A DNA stretch of 64,000 nucleotides, taken from Deltaproteobacteria bacterium. GTDB lineage: Bacteria; Myxococcota_A; Polyangia; Fen-1088. This document shows positions 43,133-53,573 of the stretch, piece by piece (within the stretch, counting starts at the first letter, position 1; each line of letters opens with the position of its first letter). Position numbers and translations under genes: made by a program. The notes below the pieces were generated by a model. That model searched no databases. It worked only from the letters and a program-made list of their open reading frames with translations, and was not told the DNA's origin. Where the stretch lies: NCBI GenBank assembly GCA_033763315.1, contig JANRKS010000006.1, positions 192,001 to 256,000 on the forward strand, given 5' to 3'.

Positions 43133-45409
43133 GTGAGCGCTCCTCTGCACGCAAATAACCGACGCGCCCAATCGCTGGCTGTGATTCGACAAAACTGGAA
43201 GCTTGGGCTGGCCCTGGCCGTCGTTCTGGTGGTTGCGATTGCTTTTCCCCTCGTTGGTGGTGCCGTCGCAAAGCGTATGGTGATCCGTAAGGCGGCTTCG
43301 CGCCTTGGCCCACCATTGATGATCGGCAGCGCGCGCGCAGGCTTGTCGCAAGTGTCGCTTTATGATGTTTCGCTCGACGATGGAGCAGGGGTCAAAGCCA
43401 CTGTGGCTCGCGTGACCGTGCCATGGGCCGCGTTGTGGGGTGGGGGCACCGTTTGGGTGGAAACGCCTTTTGTGCAAGCGCCTTCGTTCGAGGCCCTTAA
43501 ACGCATTCGTCGCTCTGCAGCCTCCAGCAACAGCGGCCGTGGTGACGCCAAATCGCGCGCTTGGCCTGCGGTGGGTGTGGCGCATGGGCGTGTGCTTGTG
43601 GGTGAAGAAGACAGCAAGGTTCTGTGGGGTGAGCAGATTCAAGCGCAGCTCACGCCCGGCCACGAAGCCGTCGTGAGGGTGGCGAATCTACAAGGCCAAT
43701 TGGCTTCTCTGCTTGGCTCCAGGCAAACACAGATCGGTGGCTTTGGCGCCCGTCACTTACTCGTATCGGTGCCGCTGGATGGCCTGCGGCCGCGCGGCGT
43801 TCCGTCTTTGTCGGTCACCGATGGATTTGTGCAAGCGCTGCCTTCGCTGGGTTTGTCGGGCATCACAGGGCAGGTGGCGCCGAAGCGCACCGACGCGAAA
43901 GACACAACGGCGCGCGCTTTCAGCTTGGTGTTCAGCGGCAGCTACGGTGGCGCACGCGAGAAACTGTGGAATGCGGCCGGCGAGTTTGAGCTCGGTCAAA
44001 CGTGGCAACAGTCGCAGGGTACGTTTGGCTTGCGGGCCGAACGATTCACCTTGGATCGAATCAAAGACGTTTTGCCGCCGACGGTGAAGGCGCCCGAGCG
44101 GACGAGCATCGACGGTGGGCTTGGGGTGCGCCTTGCCAACGGCGTGTTCGAGATCAAAAGCAATTTGGATGTGGTGGATTTGAGCTTGTTTCACAAGGCG
44201 CTCTCATCAACCCCGGTGGAAAACTTGTCGGTGTCGTTGCGCGTGGATGCCACGCTCGATCCCGCTGCCCGCGTTCTGCAAGTGAAGCAAATCGAAGGCA
44301 GCCTACGTGATTTGGTCGGTCGGCTTTCGGGACGCGTGGAATTGGCGCAAGGATCGTATGCCTTCAAAGACGGCCGCACGTGGCCGTGGATGCCAAAGAT
44401 CAACTTGGTGGTTGATGTGCCCAAGCTGCCTTGCCAAAAGCTTTTGGCCAGCTTTCCCAAAGCTTTGGTGCCGCGGCTGTCGGGCTTTTCATTGAATGGC
44501 AGTTTCGAGACGCACTTGGAATCGTCCATCGATTATGCCGACCTGGAGAATGTCACTCTTGAAGGCAAAGTGGGCATCGATGGCTGCAAGGTGCAGCAGG
44601 TGCCCGTTGACGTGGCCGATCTGGCTGATGCCGATCGGCCTATCACCCACGTGGTAAGCGTGCCGCCGCCCTGGGACGAAAAAAGCAACGAGGCGCAAGA
44701 GCTTGTGTTCGTGGTGGGGTCAGACAGCGAAGACTTTGTGCCCTTTGCTGAGGTGTCGCCGCATTTGGTGAACGCTTTTCTCACCACGGAAGACAGCGCC
44801 TTCTTTAAACACCGCGGCTTTGCCACGCGTGAGTTTCGAACGGCCTTGAAGCGAAACCTAGAGGACGGCCGCTTCAAGCAAGGGGCTTCCTCCATCACCA
44901 TGCAGACGGTGAAGAACCTGTTGCTTTCGCAAGAAAAGACGCTGTCGCGCAAGCTGCAAGAGCTGTTCTTGGTGTGGCACCTTGAGCAGGTGCTCACCAA
45001 GGAGCGCATCATGGAGCTTTACCTAAACGCGATCGAATTCGGGCCTCGCGTTTATGGCATCGGCCCGGCCGCACAACATTATTTTGGCAAGAAGGCAGCG
45101 GAATTGAATCCGGTGGAAGCGGCGTTCTTTTCGTCAATCTTGCCGAGTCCGAAGCGCCGCTATGTGCATTACTGTCGCGGCCAAGTTTCGCCGTCTTGGG
45201 ATAAGTATGTGCGCCGCATTTTGGGCTTCATGCACAAGCGTGGCCGTTTGACAGATGAGGAGCTGCAATCCGCCCTCGAAACGCCATTGGTCTTCGATAC
45301 GCAAGCGCGCACGATGACGGAGAAACAGTGCCTGGATTGGGTGTCTCGCGTCACCGCCAATCCGAAACCGGAAGCCGAGCCCCCCGTTGAACCCGAAGCG
45401 GCGGAATGA
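43133..45409 (+). CDS. Monofunctional peptidoglycan transglycosylase (GT51) with long N-terminal beta-rich region
   Basis: N-terminal TM; TEDSAFFKHRG, GASSITMQTVKN, RKLQE, ELYLN; no transpeptidase motifs. Confidence 0.85.
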   Translation: MSAPLHANNRRAQSLAVIRQNWKLGLALAVVLVVAIAFPLVGGAVAKRMVIRKAASRLGPPLMIGSARAGLSQVSLYDVSLDDGAGVKATVARVTVPWAALWGGGTVWVETPFVQAPSFEALKRIRRSAASSNSGRGDAKSRAWPAVGVAHGRVLVGEEDSKVLWGEQIQAQLTPGHEAVVRVANLQGQLASLLGSRQTQIGGFGARHLLVSVPLDGLRPRGVPSLSVTDGFVQALPSLGLSGITGQVAPKRTDAKDTTARAFSLVFSGSYGGAREKLWNAAGEFELGQTWQQSQGTFGLRAERFTLDRIKDVLPPTVKAPERTSIDGGLGVRLANGVFEIKSNLDVVDLSLFHKALSSTPVENLSVSLRVDATLDPAARVLQVKQIEGSLRDLVGRLSGRVELAQGSYAFKDGRTWPWMPKINLVVDVPKLPCQKLLASFPKALVPRLSGFSLNGSFETHLESSIDYADLENVTLEGKVGIDGCKVQQVPVDVADLADADRPITHVVSVPPPWDEKSNEAQELVFVVGSDSEDFVPFAEVSPHLVNAFLTTEDSAFFKHRGFATREFRTALKRNLEDGRFKQGASSITMQTVKNLLLSQEKTLSRKLQELFLVWHLEQVLTKERIMELYLNAIEFGPRVYGIGPAAQHYFGKKAAELNPVEAAFFSSILPSPKRRYVHYCRGQVSPSWDKYVRRILGFMHKRGRLTDEELQSALETPLVFDTQARTMTEKQCLDWVSRVTANPKPEAEPPVEPEAAE

Positions 45410-45561
45410 AGCCTAGCGGTTGGCCTTGAGCGTGTTAGAAAAACAGCGTTGGGGGCGGATAGACCGCCCAGGCATTTGGCTCGCGGTTGATGGCTTTGAA
45501 TGACGAATTTTCTTCTGTGGATACAAGCGATCGGGACCCCCGGCGCCGAGGCATGGGCCAC

Positions 45562-47997
45562 ATGGCTGTGAAAAAAACGCCTGGAAAAGCGGGGGGCAAG
45601 AAGGGCAGTAAGACGGCCGGCAAGCGCGGCGGGTCGGGGGCAACGTGGGTTCGGCGTGTGCTGCTCGCGGGCGTCGCCGTGGCTGTGGTTGGGTGTTTGG
45701 GCTTGGCTGGCTTGTTGGTCTATTATTCGCAAGACCTGCCCTCGCTCGACGCGGTTCGCGATTTTGCACCGAAGCAGATGATGCGCGTGCTGGACCGGCA
45801 AGGGGCCGTGATCGGCGAAATCGGCGAAGAGCGCCGCACGGTGGTTCCGTTTGCCGAAATCCCGCCCATTTTGGTGAAGGCCGTTGTGGCGGCCGAAGAC
45901 ACGTCATTTTACGAGAACGCCGGCCTCGATGTTCGCGGCATTGCCCGCGCGTTCATAGAAAACGTCATTCGTGGGCGCACGGCCCAAGGTGGTTCCACGA
46001 TCACGCAGCAGGTCGTCAAGCGTTTGCTGTTGACGCCTGAGCGCACCCTGGCCCGCAAATTCAAAGAACTGATCTTGGCTTATAAGCTCACCAAAGGTTT
46101 GAGCAAGAACGAGATCATGGAGATCTATTTAAACCAGATCTACTACGGGCATGGTCGTTACGGCTGCGAAGAGGCGTCACAATATTTCTTTGGCAAATCG
46201 GTGCGCAAAATTGACGACGCCGAGGCCGCGCTGTTGGCCGGCCTGCCACAAAGCCCCGAACGTTTGAGCCCTCTCAAACATCCGGAGGCTGCGAAAACGC
46301 GCCAGCGCTATGTGCTTGGGCGCATGGCAGAGCTGGGCGCTCTGCCGCGCGAGCGCGCGGAGTTGTTGGCGAAGCAACCGATCAAGATCACGCGCACGGA
46401 TATGTCGACAGCGGAAGCGCCAGAGGCCATGAGCGTCGCACAACGGGTGGCGGTAGAACGATTGGGCGATGGCGCTTTCAAGAAAGCCGGTGGCACGGTT
46501 CAAACGACGATCGATCTGAAGATGCAGGGGTGGGCGCGCGATGCGCTTGAACACGGCTTGGAAGCGTTGGACGCGCGTCAAGGTTACAACAAAGCCCTGC
46601 GGCGCCTCAAGGGCCCCGCCATCGCCAAATTCATCGCCCAGGCCGCGCACGAGGGTTTGCCGGCAACGCCCAAGAACAAAAAAGGCGCGGCGGCCGCTCC
46701 ACGCGACGCAAAAAAGGACGCCGAAGCGCGCCGGCAAACATTGGCCACAGGCCAGATCGTCGAGGCCGTGGTCACGAAGGTGGAGGCCGCAACTCTCACC
46801 ACGCCACCGCGGTTGTTTGTAGACGCAGGCCACGTCGCCTTGGTTGTGGATCTGTCGCGCGAGAGCCGGTACGCGCACGGAAAAACGCCCCTTACGGATC
46901 GATTCGCGCCCGGCGATGTGGTGCGCGTTCAATCCGAGGGTCTACCAGCGGAGGCCGATGCGCCGCTGCCTGCGCATCTTGAACTGGGACCACAAGCAGC
47001 GATGGTGGTTCTTGACGTCGCCACGGGCGAGATCCGCGCGTTGGTGGGTGGCTACGGCTACCGCGCCGGCCAGTTTGATCGCAGCCAGCAAGCACGGCGG
47101 CAACCCGGCTCCGCGTTTAAGCCATTCGTCTACGCAAAGGCGATTGAAACGCGGCGTTTCACCGCGGCGTCCGTCTTGAACGACGCCCCCGAGGTCTACG
47201 ATCTGTGGAAGCCAAAGAATTACGAGAAAGAGGCCTTTCGCGGCCCAGTGCGGCTGCGCGTGGCTTTGGCGCATTCGATCAACACGGTGGCCATCCGCTT
47301 GCTGTCGGAGATTGGTGTGCCCGCTTTGAAAGACATGGCCGTTCGCGTGGGCATCACTTCGCCCATTACAGAAGACATGGGCCTGTCCTTGGCGTTGGGA
47401 TCGCTTACCGTCACGCCACTGGAACTGGCGCAAACCTATTTGCCCTTCTTCAATGGCGGCCAACGCATGAACGCGCGCCTCGTTACGAAGGTGGTGGATC
47501 AAGCTGAACCGGTCGCTCCATCCTCGAACGCGATGGATCCCGAAACCGCGTTCGTTGTTTTGTCGATGATGAAGAGTGTGGTGCTCGAGGGCACCGCGCG
47601 TGCGGCCACGGCCTTGGGCCGGCCCGTGGCGGGGAAAACCGGCACATCCAATGGGCAGCGCGACGCTTGGTTCGCGGGCGCCACAGCTGACCTCTTGGCG
47701 GTTGTTTGGGTGGGCTTCGATGACATGGAGAAGCTCGGGCGCGGCGAGACCGGTGGCGGCGCGGCGTTGCCTATTTGGATCGACTTCATGACCAAGGCTT
47801 CAGCGGGCCAGCCGGTTCGCGATTTCTCGCAGCCTGCGGCCATCGAAGTGCAAACGATCGATCCCAAGACGGGTCTGCTCGCTGCGCCGGGAACCGAAGG
47901 CGTCGAAGAGGTGTTTTTGCCGGGGACGGCACCGAAGGAAACAGCTGCCAGTGACGGTGAGGGCGCGACGCCCGATGAGATGCTTTTGAATCAGTGA
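45562..47997 (+). CDS. mrcA: Class A penicillin-binding protein 1A
   Basis: GT51: AED..F, GGSTITQQ, RKFKE, YLN; transpeptidase: GSAFK, SIN, GKTGT. Confidence 0.92.
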   Translation: MAVKKTPGKAGGKKGSKTAGKRGGSGATWVRRVLLAGVAVAVVGCLGLAGLLVYYSQDLPSLDAVRDFAPKQMMRVLDRQGAVIGEIGEERRTVVPFAEIPPILVKAVVAAEDTSFYENAGLDVRGIARAFIENVIRGRTAQGGSTITQQVVKRLLLTPERTLARKFKELILAYKLTKGLSKNEIMEIYLNQIYYGHGRYGCEEASQYFFGKSVRKIDDAEAALLAGLPQSPERLSPLKHPEAAKTRQRYVLGRMAELGALPRERAELLAKQPIKITRTDMSTAEAPEAMSVAQRVAVERLGDGAFKKAGGTVQTTIDLKMQGWARDALEHGLEALDARQGYNKALRRLKGPAIAKFIAQAAHEGLPATPKNKKGAAAAPRDAKKDAEARRQTLATGQIVEAVVTKVEAATLTTPPRLFVDAGHVALVVDLSRESRYAHGKTPLTDRFAPGDVVRVQSEGLPAEADAPLPAHLELGPQAAMVVLDVATGEIRALVGGYGYRAGQFDRSQQARRQPGSAFKPFVYAKAIETRRFTAASVLNDAPEVYDLWKPKNYEKEAFRGPVRLRVALAHSINTVAIRLLSEIGVPALKDMAVRVGITSPITEDMGLSLALGSLTVTPLELAQTYLPFFNGGQRMNARLVTKVVDQAEPVAPSSNAMDPETAFVVLSMMKSVVLEGTARAATALGRPVAGKTGTSNGQRDAWFAGATADLLAVVWVGFDDMEKLGRGETGGGAALPIWIDFMTKASAGQPVRDFSQPAAIEVQTIDPKTGLLAAPGTEGVEEVFLPGTAPKETAASDGEGATPDEMLLNQ

Positions 47998-49985
47998 CCG
48001 GCCGCGCGCCCTTGCGAACGCCAGTACATCTTTAAGCGCTCCAACATCGCTTCCGCGTCCGTGGGTTGTGTATCGGCCAGATTGTTCTTCTCCGCCGGAT
48101 CTGTGCGCAAATCGTAGAGTTCAAGCGCGTTCGTCTCGGGTGACCAGATAAGTTTGCGCGCGCCCTCAAACCAAGCAATCTTGTGCGCGTCGGTGGTGTC
48201 ATCAGGCAAGGTGGAAGCGATGACGGGTGCGGGTGTGGGGTGTTCCCCTGTTTGCAGCAAAGGCAGCAAGCTTGGACCACAGACGTGGCCGGGCAGGGGC
48301 AACCCGGCGGCTTGCAGCATCGTTGGCATCAAACTGACGTTTGAAACAATGTCATCATAGCGGCCGGGCACCACGCCGGGGCCCCACACCAAAAGGGGCA
48401 CGTGAAGCTCTTCTTCATACACGGTCCACCCGTGGCGAGGATTCTTATGCTGAAGGAACGCTTCGCCGTGATCGGCCGTGATGAACACCCAAGTCTTCTC
48501 GCGCCGATCGGGGCTGGCAACGAAATCCAACAGGCGCCCGAGTTCGCCGTCCACAAACCGCAGCGATTGCGCGTGCCGCTCGCGTTCGGTGAGCTTGTCC
48601 ACGGAAGTGCCTGGACCCACAGAATAAGGGTAATGCGTGTCGAGGATGTGCGTCCAAACGAACCGAGGGGGGGCTGAATTCGGCAAGGGCAACATGTGCC
48701 CGATGATTTCGTTGATCTTGTAATTCGTTTCGTAATGATGCTGCTTCACGAACTTGGTGGAAGAGGTTAGTTTGCGCGTGAACCCCAGCAGCGCGTTGTG
48801 CTCCGATGAAAAGATGCGCGGTTCTGAGACAACGGCGATCGTGTCGTATCCGGCGTCATGCAGGTAAGTGGTGAGCGTCTTCTGCTCAAGCGCGAATGAT
48901 AGGCCCCACTTGGTGGCGGCTGGCGCGGCTGGCAGGCTGGCGTCCAACCCCGTGAAGATCGCGCGAAAGGCTTGGCGCGTCCAGGTGGCGGGTGTGTAAG
49001 CGCGGCTGAACACGGCGGCGCGCTGGGCGTGTTTGGCAAGCGCCGGCGTATTGTTCGTCGAAGGGTCGGCAAAGCTTGTGTGGTCCCAACCCACGCCATC
49101 GATCGTGATGAAGATGATGTCGGGTGCATCGGCGGGCGCGGGACCCAAGGTGGCGGGCGGCGCCACGCCCGGGTGGCACGTGTTGATGTTCGAAGGCCAG
49201 GTATGTTGGGCTGGCCTTCGCGTGATGAGCGGCAACCATTTCGATGTGAGTTCGCGTTGGCGCAAAAACGCGGTGGTCAACTTGTTGGGCAGCGGCGTGC
49301 GCACGTGAAACGCGGCCAGGCCCACAAACACCAACGCCAAAGCGAACACAGTGCCCTTTGACCAGCGTGAACGCCCCGCAAGATGTGCCAGCATCCAAAC
49401 GCAGACGGTGACCGCGAGGCTTTCGGGCAACCACCCAAGGTTCAGATAGTAAAGCGTCAACGAGACATCGGGCCACAACAGCACCAACCACAAAAGCAGC
49501 ACAATCACAGCGCCCCAAGCTTTTGCGGGCTGGCGCAGTTTTCGAAACACGAAACGAAGCGCCCACGCCAGAACCACGAGGAGCAGCAAACCGATCCCGG
49601 CGCCTGCGGCCTGGGCCGCGGCCTCGAGACGCGAAAGGCGTGGCACCAACACTGTGGCCGCCGCGCTAATGGCCAAGCACGCGGCGCCGCTGGGCGCAAA
49701 CGTCGCGGAGGCTCTGAGGAGGATCCAAATTCCATGCCCAAGCCGCAGAGATTGTTCAGCCACGCGCAAGCCCACCGGCATGAGCACCAACGCTACGAAT
49801 GCGGGCACGGTCGCGGCCACGCTTGCCGCCGCCCAGCCTCGTGCGCTTCCAATGCCCGTCGCCGTCACTTCATAAGCGCCCCACAGCGTGCAGCAGGCGG
49901 CAGCTGCGGCGAGGGCGTTGAGCACCAGGGAAAGACGCGTACGTTGCAAAAGAGGGCCGTGAGAAAGGCTTGGCGCTTGTGCCAT
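47991..49985 (-). CDS. Membrane-anchored sulfatase-like (alkaline phosphatase superfamily) protein
   Basis: Several N-terminal TMs; IIFITID, AYTPATWT, H..DTH.PY, TADHGE, HG..VYEE..HVPL, ELYDL..DP.E. Confidence 0.8.
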   Translation of the reverse strand: MAQAPSLSHGPLLQRTRLSLVLNALAAAAACCTLWGAYEVTATGIGSARGWAAASVAATVPAFVALVLMPVGLRVAEQSLRLGHGIWILLRASATFAPSGAACLAISAAATVLVPRLSRLEAAAQAAGAGIGLLLLVVLAWALRFVFRKLRQPAKAWGAVIVLLLWLVLLWPDVSLTLYYLNLGWLPESLAVTVCVWMLAHLAGRSRWSKGTVFALALVFVGLAAFHVRTPLPNKLTTAFLRQRELTSKWLPLITRRPAQHTWPSNINTCHPGVAPPATLGPAPADAPDIIFITIDGVGWDHTSFADPSTNNTPALAKHAQRAAVFSRAYTPATWTRQAFRAIFTGLDASLPAAPAATKWGLSFALEQKTLTTYLHDAGYDTIAVVSEPRIFSSEHNALLGFTRKLTSSTKFVKQHHYETNYKINEIIGHMLPLPNSAPPRFVWTHILDTHYPYSVGPGTSVDKLTERERHAQSLRFVDGELGRLLDFVASPDRREKTWVFITADHGEAFLQHKNPRHGWTVYEEELHVPLLVWGPGVVPGRYDDIVSNVSLMPTMLQAAGLPLPGHVCGPSLLPLLQTGEHPTPAPVIASTLPDDTTDAHKIAWFEGARKLIWSPETNALELYDLRTDPAEKNNLADTQPTDAEAMLERLKMYWRSQGRAAGH

Positions 49986-49994
49986 CGCAATTCG

Positions 49995-52900
49995 TTACGC
50001 AGGCCCCGCGAGGTAGCGCGAGAACATCGCAAACTCGTTTGTCGCCGACCAACACAACAGATCGCGAAGCGCTTCGAATTGCCCGATCGTGTTGCCCAAC
50101 AGCCGCTCTTGCGCTGCCAAGCCAACGGCGGTCACGAGATCTTTGTTCATCAGCAACCCTGCCCGGTTTGTGGTCAGGGCCACACCACGAAGCCACGTTG
50201 TGGTATCAGCCGCTTGCGGCACGGCGCGCGCCGCGGCCGCCATGCTTTCGCGCGCGGCCGGTGACAGATGCGTCGTGAAATGTTCCACATACTGCGCGAC
50301 CAAGGTTTGGTGATCGGAGGGCGCCGACAATGACCGCCCGGCCACGTGCGCCGCCGCCACCAAAATGGAGCGCAATTCCGCTTGGCCCGATGTGAGGTTG
50401 GGCCAAGTGACCAAATGCTCGGGCCGTAACCGCGCAAGCATGCGGCCCGCGACGAAAGCAAACGCGGTGTCACTGCGCGTTTCGAAAAAACGTCTGCCAA
50501 GCACCAATGCCATTTTGGTTTCTCTGCCGCAGCTCACCGCAATCAAGTCGCTGTGGCCGTCGAAGCTTTCGTTGACCACCAGCGCTGGCAAGTCCACGCC
50601 AATCACGGCGGCCAAATGCTGCACCCGAATGACGTAGGCATGCGCGTGCAAACCCGGCGTGCTTTCACCGTTCCAACGCGCCGGCAGTCCCCATTGCTTT
50701 GGCGGCCGCGCGTGTGCTTGCGCCACGCAAGGTGCCACGTGCGCCAAGAGCGTGGACACCGCTCGGCTCTCGTCGTTGTGATAGATGTGACGGAACCAGG
50801 CGGATTCGCGCAAAGACGCGCAAGGCGGCACAAAGGGCAGGGCCGCCGCCCGTTGGACCAAATCCGTTTCGGCGTCGGTGGCTTGCCCCACCAGCACCAA
50901 GCCAGCGCTCGAGTTGAGCGAACGAAGCAAATCACCCATGCGCGAGAACACACGTTGCAAAGATCGCAACGCGGCCACCAACTGCGGGACGTTCTCCGCC
51001 TGCGCGAGCAGGTTCACATAAATCTGCACAGCCCGCTCTGCACCCGCCGGGTCCGCTTGTTCATAGGCCCGCGCCAGACGATCCAAAGAGGCCGGGCTGC
51101 GCTTGAGGTTTGCCAACACCTGCAACGCCACCTGGGCTTTGTCGGGCGAGCGCAACGGACCTTCGTAAAGGCGCGCCAACGATTCCCATACCTGCACTTC
51201 TTGGTCCTGCGCATCACCCCGCGCGCAGATGCGGTTCAAGCGTCGGCGCAGGTGACGTTCGTGCCCCTCGGCATCGCCGCTGGCCACGAGCAAACCCTCG
51301 ATCCGCTTGGCCAGCTTGTCGTCGCTCGGCGTGATTTCCAACGCGCCCTCAAAGAGCATGATGGCCTTGGGCACGTCGTTGCACTGATGCTGTGCGATCT
51401 TGCCTGCCGTGCACAGATACTTCGCGCGTGGAACGCCAGTGGAAAAGGCCGCCAACCGCGACAACACAGACAGCGCCAAAGGCCACTGCTGTTGCTGTGT
51501 GTGCAGATCCAGCAGAGCGTGCAGCAACGTCAGCGATGTTGGTACGTGCAGCAGCGCATGCTGCAGGACCGTGACGGCGCCCGCCAAATCCTTCGCTTCA
51601 TCACGCACCCACGCGGTGATCTGCAGCGCGTGTTGCACCTTCTGTTCATCCGATGGCGAGCGATCAAACGTGGTCCACTTCCACGCCACGGCCTCGCTCA
51701 ATGTGCCCATCGCATGGTACGCCGTCGCGATGGCAGCCATTGCATCGACGTGACGGGGATCCGCCGCCAACGCCGCTTTGAAAGCTTTCAGGGCCGAAGC
51801 GGCGTTGCCCAAAAGCAAACACGCATGCCCGAGCGCCATATTGGTGAGGCATCGCTCTTGTGCTGAAAGCGCGGGCTCCGCCAACAGCTGCCGCGATAAC
51901 GTGGCCACTTGTTGTGACTGGCCCGACTCGACCAACGCTGTCACCCAATCCACGCGCCACGCGGTGCCGGGCGCGGCCAGCGCGTCGGCGTGATGAAACG
52001 CAGCCAAGGCCTCGCGCAGGTTTCGTAAACGACTGTGAGCCTGACCTGCCAACGCCACCCAGTGGGGCGTGGGCGCCCCAAGTCGCGAAGCGCTGGCGAT
52101 CAGGGCCACAACGTCGTGCCATCGCTCATGTGCAAAAGCCTCATCGATGTTGCGGCCAAGCGTTGCCTCGTTCCCGGGATCCAGCTGCAGAAGCCGCGCT
52201 TCGATCTGCTGTGCCCGCGCGCTGTCGCGCAACGTATCTCGCAGCAGCGTCGCTGCTTCAGAAAAGCATGCGATCTTCTCTTCGCGATCGTCCGAAAGCT
52301 CGGCCAGCTCCCACAGCGCTTCGGCCAGCGATTCGGCATCGCCCCGCGCGCGGTGCACACCCACCAACCCGCGTCGTGCGTTGAGATGGTGCGGCTCGTG
52401 TGTCAACGCTTCCGTGTAAGCCGCACGGGCCGCGTCGTTGCGCGCCAGCCGGTTCTGCAGCACGCGGCCAGCCTCGAACGCCAAGCGCGCGCGCACGTTG
52501 CGATCCTGCGCCACTGCGGCGTGCTGCCAACACGTGTCGATGAACTGGTGCCAGCAACCGCGGGCGCTGTAAAGCTGAGCCAACTCGTCGTAAAGCGATT
52601 CCGAGGTTTGATCATCGACGAGCGCCAATTCAAGCGCTGTGCTGGCTTGTTCCAATCGGCCAAGCGCCTGCCATTTGACACTCAGCTTGAGCGCGATTTG
52701 CGTTCGCAATGGTCCCGGCGCTGTGTGATCAAACTGGTGTTGCAAGACCAGCACGGCCACGTCGTCGCGCTTGGTGGTTTCACAAAGGCGTTCAAGTCGC
52801 CCCCACACAGATGTGCGCGCGGGATCGATTTGCAAGGCCGCTTGGCAAGCCGCCAGCGCTTGTTCGTGATCGCCAAGGCGTTCCTCATAAACGCCGGCGA

Positions 52901-53573
52901 GGTCTGCCCACAAGCTCGCGGCCGCCGCTCGTTGGCCCGCGTCTGCTTCAGGCTGGGTGCGCCCTTGACGTTCCCACAACGCCAAACGGCGTGAGAGTGT
53001 GCGCGCCAGATCTCCCCAGCGGCCTAGCTGTCGCTCCGCTTCCTCAAGCTCACCGAGCGCCGGTTCATCGTCAGGCACACACGTGAGGGCGTTTGTTGCC
53101 GCTTTGGCGCAGGCCTCCCACGCGGCGTGATTGCGTTGCCAACGCGCAAGCGCGGTCCACGCTGTGGCCGCGGCCGCGGCGGTGGGTGCGGCCGCGGCGG
53201 CGGCTGTGAAACACGCGGGCAGGTCTGCCTGCCTTTGCATCTCGAACGCCAGTCGTTCTGCGTTCGCAATGGCGTGGTCGTTTGCGGCCGCCTTGACTGC
53301 CTCGACATATGTTAGGAACGCGCCTTCAGCGTCACCGATGCGTTGCTCGAACACCCACGCGGCTTTGCTGAGATCGGAGGCGCGCGCCTCGGCGCTGACC
53401 GCCTCGCGGGCCAGCAGCAACTCAACCAGCTCAGGCCACGCTTGCTGGTCTTCGTAGAGCGACTCAAGGCCAACGTCATCGCCGTTTACCTCCAACGTGG
53501 CAGGACGTGCGAGCGGCGGCAGGGGCGCAGCCGACGGTACACGTTCGTTGGGGTTATGGCCGTGAGAGCTCAT
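49995..53573 (-). CDS. Large TPR-repeat protein, myxobacterial type
   Basis: ~1190 aa of helical repeats (LA..YE..LGD..A..DP); C-terminal GR.LA..RPEH...TNRAGLL..DL domain. Confidence 0.75.
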   Translation of the reverse strand: MSSHGHNPNERVPSAAPLPPLARPATLEVNGDDVGLESLYEDQQAWPELVELLLAREAVSAEARASDLSKAAWVFEQRIGDAEGAFLTYVEAVKAAANDHAIANAERLAFEMQRQADLPACFTAAAAAAPTAAAAATAWTALARWQRNHAAWEACAKAATNALTCVPDDEPALGELEEAERQLGRWGDLARTLSRRLALWERQGRTQPEADAGQRAAAASLWADLAGVYEERLGDHEQALAACQAALQIDPARTSVWGRLERLCETTKRDDVAVLVLQHQFDHTAPGPLRTQIALKLSVKWQALGRLEQASTALELALVDDQTSESLYDELAQLYSARGCWHQFIDTCWQHAAVAQDRNVRARLAFEAGRVLQNRLARNDAARAAYTEALTHEPHHLNARRGLVGVHRARGDAESLAEALWELAELSDDREEKIACFSEAATLLRDTLRDSARAQQIEARLLQLDPGNEATLGRNIDEAFAHERWHDVVALIASASRLGAPTPHWVALAGQAHSRLRNLREALAAFHHADALAAPGTAWRVDWVTALVESGQSQQVATLSRQLLAEPALSAQERCLTNMALGHACLLLGNAASALKAFKAALAADPRHVDAMAAIATAYHAMGTLSEAVAWKWTTFDRSPSDEQKVQHALQITAWVRDEAKDLAGAVTVLQHALLHVPTSLTLLHALLDLHTQQQQWPLALSVLSRLAAFSTGVPRAKYLCTAGKIAQHQCNDVPKAIMLFEGALEITPSDDKLAKRIEGLLVASGDAEGHERHLRRRLNRICARGDAQDQEVQVWESLARLYEGPLRSPDKAQVALQVLANLKRSPASLDRLARAYEQADPAGAERAVQIYVNLLAQAENVPQLVAALRSLQRVFSRMGDLLRSLNSSAGLVLVGQATDAETDLVQRAAALPFVPPCASLRESAWFRHIYHNDESRAVSTLLAHVAPCVAQAHARPPKQWGLPARWNGESTPGLHAHAYVIRVQHLAAVIGVDLPALVVNESFDGHSDLIAVSCGRETKMALVLGRRFFETRSDTAFAFVAGRMLARLRPEHLVTWPNLTSGQAELRSILVAAAHVAGRSLSAPSDHQTLVAQYVEHFTTHLSPAARESMAAAARAVPQAADTTTWLRGVALTTNRAGLLMNKDLVTAVGLAAQERLLGNTIGQFEALRDLLCWSATNEFAMFSRYLAGPA

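Noticed and set aside
45470-45485. GG-N10-GC element upstream of PBP1A (AGGCATTTGGCTCGCG)
   Set aside because: Poor -12 match; expected by chance in GC-rich DNA
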